From: the human T2T-CHM13v2.0 reference genome, Homo sapiens
Length of the DNA: 64,000 nucleotides
Assembly: GCF_009914755.1 (NCBI RefSeq)
Contig: NC_060930.1
Direction: 5' to 3' (one strand)
The stretch's first letter is position 1. Each line of letters starts with the position of its first letter. Position numbers and translations under genes: made by a program. This document shows, piece by piece, positions 14,988 to 28,501 of this stretch. The notes under the pieces are model-generated. The model had not been told where the DNA came from, did not search any database, and saw only the letters and a program-made list of their open reading frames with translations.

Positions 14988-15537
14988 ATGGCAAGCAGAC
15001 TCAAGATGGCCCCCAGTGACTCCCAACTTGTGGCATTCATATCCTTGTGCAATCATCTTCCCTTCAATATGGGTTGCCCTAGGAATTTGCAGCTAACCCA
15101 TAGTGTATACTAAAGGTGATTGAATATGACTTCCATGATTAGTCTAGATAAGATTGTAATTTCTGTCTTCCTGTTTCTCTCTCATTAGGTTTAATGAAGC
15201 CAGCTGTCATGTTGATGAGACTCATGTGTCAAGGAACTGAAGATGGTCCATAGCCAACAGCCAGCCAGGAACTGATTGGCTAGTAGTCCTTGAGGAACTG
15301 AATCTCACCAACAACCATATAGTGAACTTGCAAATGGTGCTTCCTCAGTTGAAACTAAAGATGAGACTGAAGTCCTAGTTAACACTTTGTTTGCCACCTT
15401 GTAAGATTGTGAAACAGAGGCCTGAGCTAAGCCATGCCCAGATTCTTGATCCACAGAAACTGTGAGATAATAAATGTGCATTGATTTAAGCCTCAGATTT
15501 TGTGGTAATGCTTTACAAAGCAATAAGTAACTAATGC
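14988..15537 (+). mobile_element. MLT1E/F-like MaLR solo LTR
   Basis: tggcaagcagactcaagatggccccc ... cacagaaactgtgagataataaatgtg ... agcaataagtaactaatgca. Confidence 0.75.
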
Positions 15538-16381
15538 AGTATTCAACAAATTTTTTGAAAAAAAAAAGATGCTTGAAGACCTGTATTTAATTATTTTTGT
15601 GAAGAATACTCAATGTATACTGACTGCACCTGGGTTTTTAGTCTTAACCAAATCATATACCAGTTTTATGACCTGGCAAAAATGTTTTTCTCTCTCTCTA
15701 GAGGTCACTTTCTTCATCTGTTAAACGAGGTAATTAATTTAGATGATCTTTAAAATGTCCACTAGATTTCATACATCTATCACATATGATTTCATGTATA
15801 TGTAATGAAAACAAATTTTATATATATACAAAATTTATTTTCACTTGCATTTATGAAACAGGAGAAACAAAATAAAATTACATTTATTTATTTTAATTTA
15901 ATCTTGAAAGTAAATTCATGTTATCTTCTAAAAATGTTTCAGTTTACAATTCATCCATATTAACTTTAATAAAATGATATTTGGTTATCTAACGGAAGAT
16001 TTATTGAAAATATATCTGCTTCAAATATCTCATTATTTTACATTTAGTAGCTAAACTAAATCTTAAAAATGCTTCTGAGTTTTACCTAAATGGGTAGTTT
16101 CTTAAAAATACTGAATTGAGGCTTCTAGCTAATTGCCTAAAATGTATATTTTAAAAGATAAGGAAGAAATTTAAATGTAGGGAATAAGATTAAATTACCA
16201 AATAAAATCCATTTTTTCTAGTAATTGGCAGATAAATTTAATACAGAAAAACTTTGTTATTCAATATGCCAAAATATCTAATATTAAAGTGATATACTAA
16301 TAAATATATTTGGCATATTATTATGGTACTTTCAGTTCTCAAACTTTTAAAGTAAAAATATTGATCAAGATTTATGCATGA

Positions 16382-16684
<303 letters not shown>

Positions 16685-16717
16685 AATTATTTCTTTTTGA
16701 TGCAAGAAAATCATTTA

Positions 16718-17001
16718 TGGTGCAGAAGTTGTCTATTTGTCTATTTTTGCTTTGGTTACCTATGCTTTTGAGGTCTTACTCAAGAAATCTTTGTCCATAC
16801 CAATGTCCTAAAGTGTTTCCCCAATGTTTTCTTCAAGTAGTTTCATAGTTTCAGGTCTTACGTTTAAGTCTTTAATTCAGTTTGATTTGATTTTTGTATA
16901 TGGTGAGAGATAGAGGTCTAGTTTCATTCTTCTACATATACAGTTTTCCTAGTACAATTTATTGAAGAGACTGTCCTTTCCTCAATATATGTTATTGGTG
17001 C
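16718..17001 (-). mobile_element. L1MA ORF2 fragment
   Basis: tagtttcatagtttcaggtctt...tttttgtatatggtgagagatag...ttgaagagactgtcctttcc. Confidence 0.8.
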
Positions 17002-17245
17002 TCAGTAGCAAAATAGAATGACTATAGTTAACAATAATTTATTGTATATTTTAAAATAACTAGAGAGTGAATTTGGAATGTTCCCAATGCAAAGAAATAA
17101 TAAATGTTTGAGGTGATGGACATCCCAATTACCCTGATTTGATCATTATATATTATATGCTTGTATCAAAACATCACATGTACCCCATAAATATGTACAA
17201 CAACTATGTACCTATAAATATTGAAAATAAATAATTTTTTAAAAA
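17002..17245 (+). mobile_element. L1MA 3'UTR end
   Basis: gactatagttaacaataatttattgtata...gaggtgatgga...ccccataaatatgtac plus A-rich tail. Confidence 0.8.
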
Positions 17246-17317
17246 GAAAATTCTGAATTTGAGATTTTAAAATCAAATTCAAGGTATAATACTGGTCAAA
17301 AATTGTGAACCAAATAT

Positions 17318-17828
17318 GTTATTTTAGTTTTTTTATTGCTGTGGTAACAAATTACAACAAACTTAGCCACTTAAAATAACACCCATTTATTATCTTCCAG
17401 TTTTTATGATTCCAAAGTGTTGGCTCAGCATGGCTCTACTGAATTCTCTGCTTAGGGCCCACGAGGCTGAAATCAAGTTGTCACCTAGGCTTTGTGTTTT
17501 ACTAGAGGCTAGAGGAAAGAATTGGCTTTAATGCTTATTGAACTTGGAGGCAGAATTCATATTCTTCTCACGTTTTCAAGACAGCCAATGGGCAAAAGTA
17601 CTCATACTTCAAATCTCTTTGTTCTCTGCTGAATCTGTCTACATTTAAAGACTCATGATATTACACTGAGCCCACCTGGATAATCCAGGATAACCTCCCT
17701 ATTTTAGAACAATCTTCACTGCCTCTGCAATTTTTTTTTTTTTTTTTTGCCATGTAATATAACATAGCCATAGGGATGACACCAAGGGGTGAATGAGGGT
17801 TATGGGGCTCAAAATTCTGTCTACCACA
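17318..17828 (-). mobile_element. MLT1-like MaLR LTR
   Basis: ttgctgtggtaacaaattacaacaaacttag...ttacactgagcccacctggataatccagga...tctaccaca. Confidence 0.7.
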
Positions 17829-18045
17829 TATGATGGAGCTCTTCATTTTCCTCTCACATTATGAGATTCTCTATTAAGTGTTCAGTTTAATTATTCTTTT
17901 AGATATTAAATTTTAAAGGTAAGACCAAATTAACTTTTTAATATAAATGATAAAAGTTTACAAATATCCAACTATCTGTTACCCAAAAATTAATCTTTCA
18001 GAGTAAAAAGAATTTAGTTATGGAAATAATAAATTGAAAAGTTAC

Positions 18046-18105
18046 CTTTCGCCACTGTCTTTGTTTCTGGTTTTTCTTTTTTCTCAATTTTTTCCTTGTG
18101 AGTTG
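18046..18105 (-). CDS. TRDN: Triadin exon 7 (60 nt): ATHKEKIEKKEKPETKTVAK
   Basis: Acceptor ttttctgtttaag; donor AAG|gtaact. Confidence 0.96.
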
Positions 18106-19825
18106 CTTAAACAGAAAATTTTACATTAGTACACATTTTTAATAGATTTCAAAACCAAGCTTTCTTTTGACCTCAGTTTCATAAGTGCTAAAACCTAATC
18201 TGTAATATTTTGAAAATGTATGACATTAATAAGTCTAATTCAGAAATAAAGAGTTACCAGTGTAATAACAGTTGTATTGAATTCAATGTTAAAGTCTAGG
18301 CATTAAGACTTAGCAAGCTTGTTGAAAATCAGATCTACTCTTTCTCAAGTCATTATTTCAAACAGGTAAAGCTTTCAGGGAAGACAAACTGAAAGGGAAA
18401 ATTTTCTATAAGAATTTGTCAAAAAATATGTCATTATGTGTATTTTTAAATTTGAATTATATTAAATTGTGTTGTTTGGTAGTTTCCCAAATCATCATAC
18501 ATTTTTCAATATTTACATACTATTTTTTCAAGAATAACAATGGTAATTAAACTACGAAAATTAAGTAGTAAAATATGAGATTTAATTGGGCAGTTAACAA
18601 AGTGTATGCACTGATTTGTTAGAGGAAAAAATTAGTTCCACATATTTCCATTTCTCCTACTTCCAACAAGAATAGTAATAATGTACATCAGCTTTACTTA
18701 CATCATTAAGAAATGCTTAAAATATGTATTTAAAAATCCATTATTTTTAAATACAGTTGATAAACAGTGTCCTCCAGAATCTTGGAGAGATGATTTAAGC
18801 CTCAGAAAGCCTAATATTCAGTTGAAGAGCAAGTGTCCCTAACACATGCAGAGCTGCTGAGAGACCAGGTGCCTCCTCCTCCAGAGTTTCAGCCTCTCCA
18901 CCACTCAGGCCTGCCCACAGGTACCTCCACTACCACTTGGGATTATGGGTAATAGATTAGACAATGTTAACAAAAGGAGCATTATGCTAGGCTAAGCAAG
19001 GCACTATTCAAACAAGGTCACAGGACTACATTATAATAACATATCTCCTAAAAAGCAAACATCCTTTAATTGGCATAAGGTAAATAAAAGAGCACTTACA
19101 ATGCAGCATTTTATTTCTGCTTTTCAATTTGAATACATTTTTTTCTGCAGCACTTATAATTTAAGGGCAAAAATTCCTAACTTTTTTTTTAACAGAAAAC
19201 ATTTAGCTACTGTAAAGTTTGGAAAAAAAATCACAAGAAATAGCAGATTATTTCATTGAGTCAGAATACACAGAGCCTAGTGCTAATAATTCTGCTTAAC
19301 CCAATATCAGACAAGAAATGGTCACCTATTTCTAGAACAGAGAAAGGAGATGGCTATATTGAAGTTCATGGAAATTGAACATGAAGAAAATAAGATAAGA
19401 AAATAAGAAAATAAACATGAAGAAAATAACAATTATTTAATTGAAATTTTCTTTTTTTTCTGTAGGTTATTGGGGTCCAGGTGGTATTTGGTTACATGAG
19501 TAAGCTTTTTAGTGGTGATTGGTGAGATTTTGGTATTTTCAAGTGTAAATATACCATAAAAAATATTGAAGCATATTTCAACTTATCTGATTCCTAAATG
19601 TCATAATGTGTTCTACCTAACTGGAGTGTTTAACAAAACAAAAAACTTCAGCAGACTATGCATACTCTGGATGCATAAATCAGCTGAAATCTGGCCCAGC
19701 TATCCTAGACACAATCCACCCTAAAACAATGGCAAAAATTAAGTCAGAATCTTACTTCGTATCATACACTGAGATGGATTTTTGAGGAATTAAAGTTAAA
19801 TTTAAAATGTGAAACAATCTTTTTT

Positions 19826-20109
19826 GGATGGGTGCTGTGGCTCACACCTGTAATCCCAGCACTTTGGGAGGCTGAGGTGAGCAGATCACTGGAGTTCAGG
19901 AGTTTGAGACCAGCCTGGCCAACATGGCAAAAACCCATCTCTACTAAAAACACAAAAATTAGCTGGGTGTGGTGGCACATGTCTGTAGTTCTCATGCTGA
20001 GGCATGAGAATCTCTTGAACCCCAGAGGCAGAGGTTGCAGTGAGCCAAGATTGCACCACTGCACTCCAGTCTGGGTGGCAGAGTGAGACTCTGTCTCAAA
20101 ACAAAAAAA
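19826..20109 (+). mobile_element. AluS
   Basis: Near-full Alu; target-site duplication aaacaatcttttt. Confidence 0.92.
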
Positions 20110-20371
20110 CAATCTTTTTTAAACTTGAGGAAAATATTGGTGGCTATTGAATTAATTCTTGAATGAAGATTCAAAGCCAGAAAGACCACAAGAAAATGTC
20201 AGCATATCTAACCACCTAAAAATTCAAGAATCTAAACATATGCACACATGCATACATACATACATGAACTCACACATGTCCGTTCACAAAGACAGAAAGC
20301 ATAATATTAACTGTGAAACAAATTCAGAAAAATATTTGAAAATAAGTTATAGATGAAGGGTATACATACCC

Positions 20372-20374
<3 letters not shown>

Positions 20375-20410
<36 letters not shown>
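20375..20410. repeat. (CA)n microsatellite
   Basis: Direct inspection. Confidence 0.92.
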
Positions 20411-20414
<4 letters not shown>

Positions 20415-20520
20415 CATTAGGAGAAATGGGCAGTGAGTGTGAACAGTTACACATGATATATACATTGCTAAAAACCACATTTGAATCTTTCAACTTATAA
20501 ATAGTAAGCAGTTAAAAATA

Positions 20521-20850
20521 CTTTGCAGAGACATGGATGAAGCTGGAAGCCATCATTCTCAGCAAACTAACACAGGAACAGAAAACCAAACACTGCATGT
20601 TCTCACTCATAAGTGGGAGTGAACAATGAGAACACATGGACTCGGGGGTAACATCACACACTGGGGCTTGTCAGGGGTTTGGGGGCAAGGGGAGGGAGAG
20701 CATTAGGACAAATACCTAATGCACGCAAGGCTTAAAACCTAGATGACAGGTTGATAGGTGCAGCAAACCACCATGGCACATGTATACCTATGTAACAAAC
20801 CTGGACATGTATCCCAGAACTTAAAGTAAAATTTAAAAAAAAGAAAGAAA
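20521..20850 (+). mobile_element. L1PA 3' end (5'-truncated)
   Basis: acatggatgaagctggaagccatcattctcagcaaactaacacaggaacag...gtatcccagaacttaaagtaaaa. Confidence 0.9.
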
Positions 20851-20854
20851 AACT

Positions 20855-21130
20855 AAGAAAACATGACACCTTCAAAGGAACACAATAACACGCCAGTAAC
20901 AGGCCTCCAAAAAAGGGAAATCTATGAAATGCCTTTCAAAATAATAATCTTAAGGAAACTCAGAGAGAAAAAAAGAGAACACAAATAAAAAATACAAAGG
21001 AAGGAGAAAAATAATTCATGATCTGAATGTGAAATTCAGTAAAGAGATAGATATCATAAGAAAGACCCAAACAGAAATCCTAGAAATGAAGAACTTAATG
21101 AATAAAATAAAAATTAAATTAACTTTAACA
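20855..21130 (+). mobile_element. Old L1M ORF1 fragment
   Basis: acatgacaccttcaaaggaacacaataa...aaggaaactcag...acagaaatcctagaaatgaagaa. Confidence 0.6.
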
Positions 21131-21887
21131 ATTAACTAGATTATCAGGAAAAATTACAGTGGAAGAACATTCTCATTTAAACACTATGCAGCTTTTTAAA
21201 GAGAATGAGGACAATATTTAGTGATATGAGAAGATTTCAGGATATATTGTTAAATTGTAAAAGTCAGATTATAGGACATACTAGATTTTGTGTAAAAATA
21301 GGGAGGAAAATAACATGGATTATCTGGAAAACATACAATAAAGCTCTGGAAGGATGCATGTAAAATTCACATGAGTGGTCTACTGTATGTGGGTTTGGCA
21401 TGAAATGGGAGCCAGTAGGCTGGGAGCAAGGTGAGAGGAAGGTTTTCACAAAGTATCTTTATGTGTTGAGCAATTAGAACTTATTATCTATTCTACATAA
21501 ATAAATAACAATTAGAAATTAAAGCAATCTAATAGATAATCAAAATATGCAAGTTATAATAATGAGATCTACTTTCTTACCTATCAAACTGACAAGTATT
21601 TCTGATATAATATCCTCACTGCTGGCTAAGGCAGTCTCAAAACTGCCAGAGGAAAAACTGACGCAACATTTCTGGAAAGTTACCACTTTCCAGTTCAACA
21701 GTTCTTAACAGTCTGAAGTATTTTATTTCTCTCAATCCAGAAATTCCTTTTTTCAGATTCTATTCTGAGAAAATAATCCTAATCTAATTTGTAAAACTGC
21801 GTGGTCATCTAAAATCTGAATGTAAAGAGTAGGAAGTCAATGGGAAAGGACTCAGTGTGTTAAACAGTAATAAAAGTAACTTCATAC

Positions 21888-21953
21888 CTTTCTTTTCAGG
21901 TTTTTCTTTTTCTCTTACTTTTTCTTTTCCTTTTTCTTTTTCTTTGTGTGTAA
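21888..21953 (-). CDS. TRDN: Triadin exon 6 (66 nt): VTHKEKEKGKEKVREKEKPEKK
   Basis: Acceptor tttcttttcag; donor AAG|gtatga. Confidence 0.96.
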
Positions 21954-22714
21954 CTGAAAAGAAACAGATAAATAGTTTTCATTTAAATAACAGGAATAAA
22001 TGAGGAGATGTTTGCACGGCAGTCTTTGATGTCAAAATTTATCTTCTGTTTTTAGAAATCTTTCTTTAACTGGATTCAGATTTTATGTAGTTAGAGGTTT
22101 AAACTTCAAGATAATTACAGATTTATTTCCTATTTCTATTTTATTTCATATCCAAGCACAAACTAGTACCCAAACCAAGTCTGATTGCAAAGATAAGAAT
22201 ACCCCCGTCAGCTTTTCCGAATCTTTAATTGAAATAATTGGAAAATTTTAAAAAATTATTATGCCATATGCCAAAGGAGCCCGGCTTTGATATTGGATGA
22301 ATGCTTGAAATATGAGGATGAAAATATAGAGACATAATTTTCTGATCTTGAAGCAAAGAACTATCAACTTAAACAGTATGTGTTAATCGTCTACAGAAAC
22401 ATTCTACACTAAATGTTTTAAAAAATATACTGGAATAAGACTATAAAATACCAAATCTTTCCAACAAAAATAAAATTTAATTTAATATGAGCAGTGATCT
22501 CATCAATTATTACAACAGGACTAAAATTTAAGTCATAATCTTACCCCATACCTTAGTCATAATTCTTATTCATTATCCATGCTAGAAACATGAGACTCAT
22601 CCCAATTTGTCTTTCTCTTATATTTTTCCTTTTCGTTCATTCACCACGCTCTTTCAATCATGTCTTTTTGATATTCCTCTTCCTCATTTTCTTTTATCCA
22701 ATATTATTTTCCCT

Positions 22715-23050
22715 AACTATCATTTATTTATACAAGAATATAGAAAGAACACTTGCTATGTGCTAAAGACTCTCCTCAACAAGATAGAGTTCATTCCTGT
22801 CGCCATGATGTCAATAAGCTAATGACTAGTGGATGCTAAGCAAATAATTACAAAGGTGGGTAACTGCAGGGAGTCGAACTGCCATGAAGAAAATATGTAA
22901 GGTGGAATGTTGATGTATGAAATGACCTAATCTAATCTGTTTGTTAGGGGAAGAGCCCTTGGCAGAAATGACATTTAAGAGTATGAGAAATGAGAAGAAA
23001 TTAGCCTAGTAAGAGATTAGGAGGGAAAAGGGGAAGAGACCAATTTCCAG
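22715..23050 (-). mobile_element. L2 fragment
   Basis: tcatttatttatac...tgctatgtgcta...gacatttaagagtatga. Confidence 0.5.
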
Positions 23051-26000
23051 TTCAGAAGTTGAAGCAGGATGTCTCTTTTGGGCATATTATTATACCTATC
23101 ATAACATTATAATACCCTGACTTCTCTTTTGAACCTTTAGATTTTATATTTTTATGTCTCATATTAACCTTTCTAACATGAAAATTCGATATCATTGACT
23201 CCTCTGTTACAAATATTAGTGCCTCCTCACTGCTTAGTATGGTATCTGTCACATAGTGGGTGCTATATCAAAATAAAAATATTTTACTGCTCTAGTGATC
23301 TGACATTTTCTTACCAACCCCATGTTTACCAACCCAATGTCATCTACAAAGAATTTCTCCTTGAACTTTATATTCTCATTATAACTAAATGCTAGTAGCT
23401 CCACCAGCACACCACATGCCCTCATGATGCCTTTATGTCTCTGCCTGTATGTGTCTTCCACCTAGAATTACCACACCCACATTCATTCGTTTTCCTTTCC
23501 CTATTCCATGCACTCTTTCCTCTTGGTTCAAATGCCTCCTTCTCTGTAACATTTTCTTTGATCTCTATTTATTCCATTCACCAATTGCACCATGTACATA
23601 ATTATATTTCAGCAATTCAATAATAATATTGATATTGTTAATATCTCTACTCAGTAAATGAAATCCTTAGGGGCTACATCATATTTATTTTATTTTTTTA
23701 CATTTCCAAGTCATCACAAGGTCTCAGTCACATAGTGGACTCTGTAATATTTTTGAATAAGTGAAATTCTAAAATATGTTAAGAGCTAGTTTTATCGTCT
23801 AGTTAAATTCTATTTATGGATGATGATGTGGTAGAGCTATAATAGACACTGCTTGCTTCCAATTATGTGAAACTTTTGACAATTTATTGAAATTTCTCAA
23901 ATAATCAAAACCTAATGAGAAAAAGGAGAAAAAAACTCACCTTAAAACATTGAGATATTATTTTTTTCCACATTTAATGGTTCTTTTAGTTGTTTATTCG
24001 CTACTCAGTTCAATATAAATAGCTCACAAAATAAGGCAAGGAAATCACTATTCATACTGACCACAAATGGTTTATTTTGGTTCCTTTGAATCCCTATTAA
24101 TTAAGCAGAAAACCAAGAGAAAATCTTGGCAAAAACAAAGCGTCTTTTAAAGTTTCTCTGAGGGAGAACCAAGTTTGTGTGAGATAAGCTGTGCTTTCAG
24201 AGCCCTGATTGGAAAGACCCACAGGGGAACACCTAATCTGTGTCTCTGTCTCTGTAAGGAATGAGGACTCACCCACCTTGGACAGCTGGTTGTCCATTCC
24301 ACTAAAGGATTTTCAGATTGACGTGTGCAAAGGCATAAATGGGAGAATTAACACAAAATCAAAAGAGCAAAGGGACTGAATTCGGACTGAAATTAGCATA
24401 TTAATGCCTCATTCCTGTTACCCTAGGGAGAAATCCAGTTCCTCCCAGTTGAAGTGTTGATTTACAGACCCTGTACTGTATGCTAGCATTTTATTATCCC
24501 CCTCAGAAATGGCATCACAACACTTCTTAGTGAAGCAGCTGGACCCTTGGGCCCTAGGGAGCTGTTCATAATGGCAGACAGCCACTGAAGCTCCTTGGAC
24601 AGAAACTTCAAACTTTGGCAAGACTGTGCTCAAATACCAAGTTTTGAAATGACTTTCAACACAGCAATGCAACAATCAGCAACTGCCTTGGTAATCACTC
24701 TAAAATAAAAATCACCTATAGAGCAGCTGCATTCGCTTGAGCGTCTCTGCTTAGAGCCCACAACCAGGAGTTTTCATATGGAAGAAGAGTACCTCCTTGT
24801 CACCAGCCCTATTTGGCAAGTTATATCTTAGCCAGGACAGTTTTTAGCTCAGGACAGAATAAGCTTCTTGCACCTGCTAGAGTTTAATTTGTTTGTCATC
24901 CTTATTTACAAGAAACAAAAGTCCCTTCGGTATGCTGATAATTAAAAACAAATGGAATCCACCAGTTGGAATGGCCCTGATGTCTGGCATCTGAGTTGGC
25001 ATGGGCCTGCTGTTCCTGCCCTTGCCCAGACTCTGACCTTTCCCTGACCAGAACATTCAGCTCAACTGGACCCAAGCACATCTCTCACCCTCCCATCTGG
25101 CCCCTTTCCAGCCCTCCCCAAGCTGTGCTCTGTGTTTTTGTTTTTGACCCTGGCAGTCACCAGGCAGACTATGTCTTTTTCTCAAGTATATCAGAGCTCA
25201 TAATCTGCCTGACCCTGTGGTTTTTTTTTTTTTTTTTAACAGGGAAAACACTCCCTTGGGGTCAAATCATGGGAGCCAGGTTATCAGAGTTCTTTACTTA
25301 ATCGTCCTGTTCTTAGGTTGAAAATCAAAAATTGTAATGCCAAAATTTGTAAAGTACTGATTTGTATAGGCTACTACATTCTTCAATTGATGGCTAGCAA
25401 ATCAATTCAACCAAACTCTAGAACATACTTGACTTTAGACTACTGCATAGGACTAATCTTGAGTACCCAACCAAAAAAAAAAAATCAGATGGATAATCAG
25501 GTAAGCATTATATCTTTTCATTATTAACAGAAAAAATCTTTGAGGAGCATCATTACCTGTAATAAATTTTACTGATTTTTCTTTTAACTAATTCCTCTCA
25601 TTTTCACATTTCTTGTGCTTTTTTGTTAGGTATTAGTGCTAAAATACTCTATAGACTTTAAGTAGGTGAACATTTCAAACAGCTTCATAAAATTCATATA
25701 TATCTATATTTTAATTTGTAATGTTTTATGAAAGAGCATGATACACATTCATTTTAAACCCTTAAAAAAATTCTGTTTCAGCCACCATTAAACAATAAGG
25801 CCAGATCTCTTGGTTAGTGTGTATGTCTTTGTGTGTATGTTTCTTTTTTATTTTTGGTAGCTAATTTGTAGAAGTTCAGTTCTGTGGTAAGGCAAGATGA
25901 TCTCTATGCTTTTTAAGAGAAAATCATGAACTTAATAGAAATGCAATATTGAGTTAAAAATCTTCTTAAATATTATATTATCCATTTTTCCTAAAGGAAG

Positions 26001-26943
26001 AATTTATTATTTTAACTTTAATATAAGCATGCAATTTCAGAGCTGATAGGAATATAAGAAGTAACTACCCTGAACTTCTTTGTCTGTGGATAAGAAAATA
26101 TGCTCATAAGAGTCCGTGACAGACCAGGAAAAGAATGTAGTTATCTAATTGCTAAACCAGGACTCTCCTTCAAAACTACGCAGCCATGTCTGTTCCAGGT
26201 TCTGTGCAGACTATAAACTTGTTCTCATAAGCCAAAATGTGCTGACCGAATTCTCCAAGCACATTATCTGTGATCTACCTTCCAATAATGCACATACTTC
26301 TTTTTCATAATAAAAGTACTTTCATTTACCTATTAAAGTGAAGATCAGGCAAATTACCCAAAGTTGTAAAGCTAATCTGATACTTACGCGTTAAATCACA
26401 AAAGATATTTTATAATTCTAAAATATTAGTTTTATTTTCAAATTCAATTTAAATGTATGGACAATTTCCCCTTCTCCTGGGGCTACATAGCCATAGTAAG
26501 AACTGTAATCGCTTTCTCATAAGTGAACATTCACTATGGACACTGTGATGCATAGCTTTGTGCACACTCTTCTGGTTTCCTTGTCCAGGTTTATTTTTCA
26601 TGATTGCCAGAGAGGGAAAGAAAATATATTTTGTACTTTAAGGAGTTAATGAAGTGCAGCTAAGAGAAGACAAAAATAAAAGTTTATACAGTACAGGAAG
26701 ACTAAATGAATTTGTGGGCTTTAAGAGCATTTTTATAAAGGGCTTCAGGATATTTAAATATATTTTAATGTATTTGATTGCATTTTGACTTTTGAGCCTC
26801 ACCATCAGCTAAATCCCTTGTCAGCCCATGACTCCAATCCTGCAATTGTTTCCCAAAAACTGAAGGAGTTCTAGACAAATCAGTGTTATTATTCTGAATC
26901 ACCCTTTTTAAAAACATTCCTTTGTTTTTTGTGCATATGATAT

Positions 26944-27350
26944 TGTTATGGGTTGAATTGTGTCTCCCCAAAAATATATGTTGAAGTCATTAGCCCCAGA
27001 GCCTAAGAATGTGACTTTATTTGGAAATAAGGTTTTTACAGAGACAATCCAAGTTTAAGTCATGAGGCTAGTCCCTAATCCAATAGGACTGATGTCCTTA
27101 TAAAAAGAGAAATTTGGGTCCAGAGAAGGATATGCACAGAGGGAATGCATATCCTGTGAAAAGACAGAGACACAGGGAGAGCATCATTTGAAGATGAAGG
27201 CAGGAATTGGAGAACTTCATCTACAAGGCCCCAAAGCTTGCCCGCAAACCTCCAGAGGCCAGGAGAGAGGCATGGAACAGTTTCTTCGTCACAGCCCTCA
27301 GAAAAAAACTCATCCTGTGGAAACCTTGACTTTGGACTTCCAGCCTCAAT
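26944..27350 (+). mobile_element. MLT1A/B/C-like MaLR LTR
   Basis: tgttatgggttgaattgtgtctcccc...gactgatgtccttataaaaagag...ccttgactttggacttccagcctc. Confidence 0.8.
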
Positions 27351-28450
27351 AAGGTAATATTAAGGCTAATGTTAAGAATAATAGTAATAATTAGACTTCT
27401 GTTGCAGCCCTTGAACCAAGTTCCCACCTGGTTCCTTGAGGACTGATGTCAGCTTAGCTTTTGTGTCTTCCCTGTTAAGCTTCAGAGTCCACACCTGAAC
27501 CAAAAACCACTAATTCCTCTGAGGTCCTTCCAGAAAACTGCAGACAGACTTACTCAACAACTGAGGTTGCCAAACCCCAAACTACATCTCTCCTCGAGGA
27601 CATCTCTGTGAAGTACTTACTACATGTGGTATAATTGTGTATTTACTTTTTCAAATTTATCATTAACTGGATCTTATTCATCGTGGAATTTGTAGTGCCC
27701 AGTATGGTGTTTGGCACAAAGTAGGTACTGTGAATAAGTGAATGTGTATTATCACCTAGTGGCTGTGACCACTTTTTCCATTTACACTATCTGCCTGCCA
27801 GAATACACCCTATTCCCGCTGTCTAGCCCACTCTGAAGCTGACCATATGCTGTCTCTCCAGTATACATTTCTGTTAAGTAAACTTCTCCATTTCTGAGGT
27901 CACTTTTTCACCCAACCACCTGACAATACAGGTGGATGTAGCAGAAACCTACTGTTCTGCCGCCTACCGGGCCATCCTATTGTCTAGGAGCCTTCTTGGA
28001 AAAAGTTCACATATTTAGTTATATATTTACCACTGGGTTCCTGTCTTTTCTGATTTGTTCTGTTCTACAAGTAAATTGACATGTCTATTAGTTAAATAGA
28101 AGCCGAAATCTTATCTAATATCACCAATAAAATTCACAATTGCAAAAAAATAAGGCAATATACAATAAACAAACAACTACATGGGGGGGAAAGCCAGAGG
28201 AAAATTAGAAATACATTACTATTTTTCTCCAGTTAATTGGATTGTGGGGGTGCGGTTCCTCTTTTTTTTTTTTTTTTTTTTTTTACATTTTCCAAATCAT
28301 CCATATTTATCTGTACTATTATAATTTTAGTTGTTTCAGTGTGGGTGTTTTCAGATTACATATTACAGAAAGTTTTTGTTTTAGTATGAAATTGTTTGTT
28401 GCCACTAACCACAGACATTTGACTTAAATTACAGTGGCTTAATTAAAGCT

Positions 28451-28501
28451 AAATGGAAAGTTGTCTGTAGGAATGTCAAATGCAAAGTTGTCTGTAGGAA
28501 T
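28451..28501. repeat. Short direct repeat (24 nt x2, period 27)
   Basis: aaatg(g/c)aaagttgtctgtaggaat twice. Confidence 0.85.
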
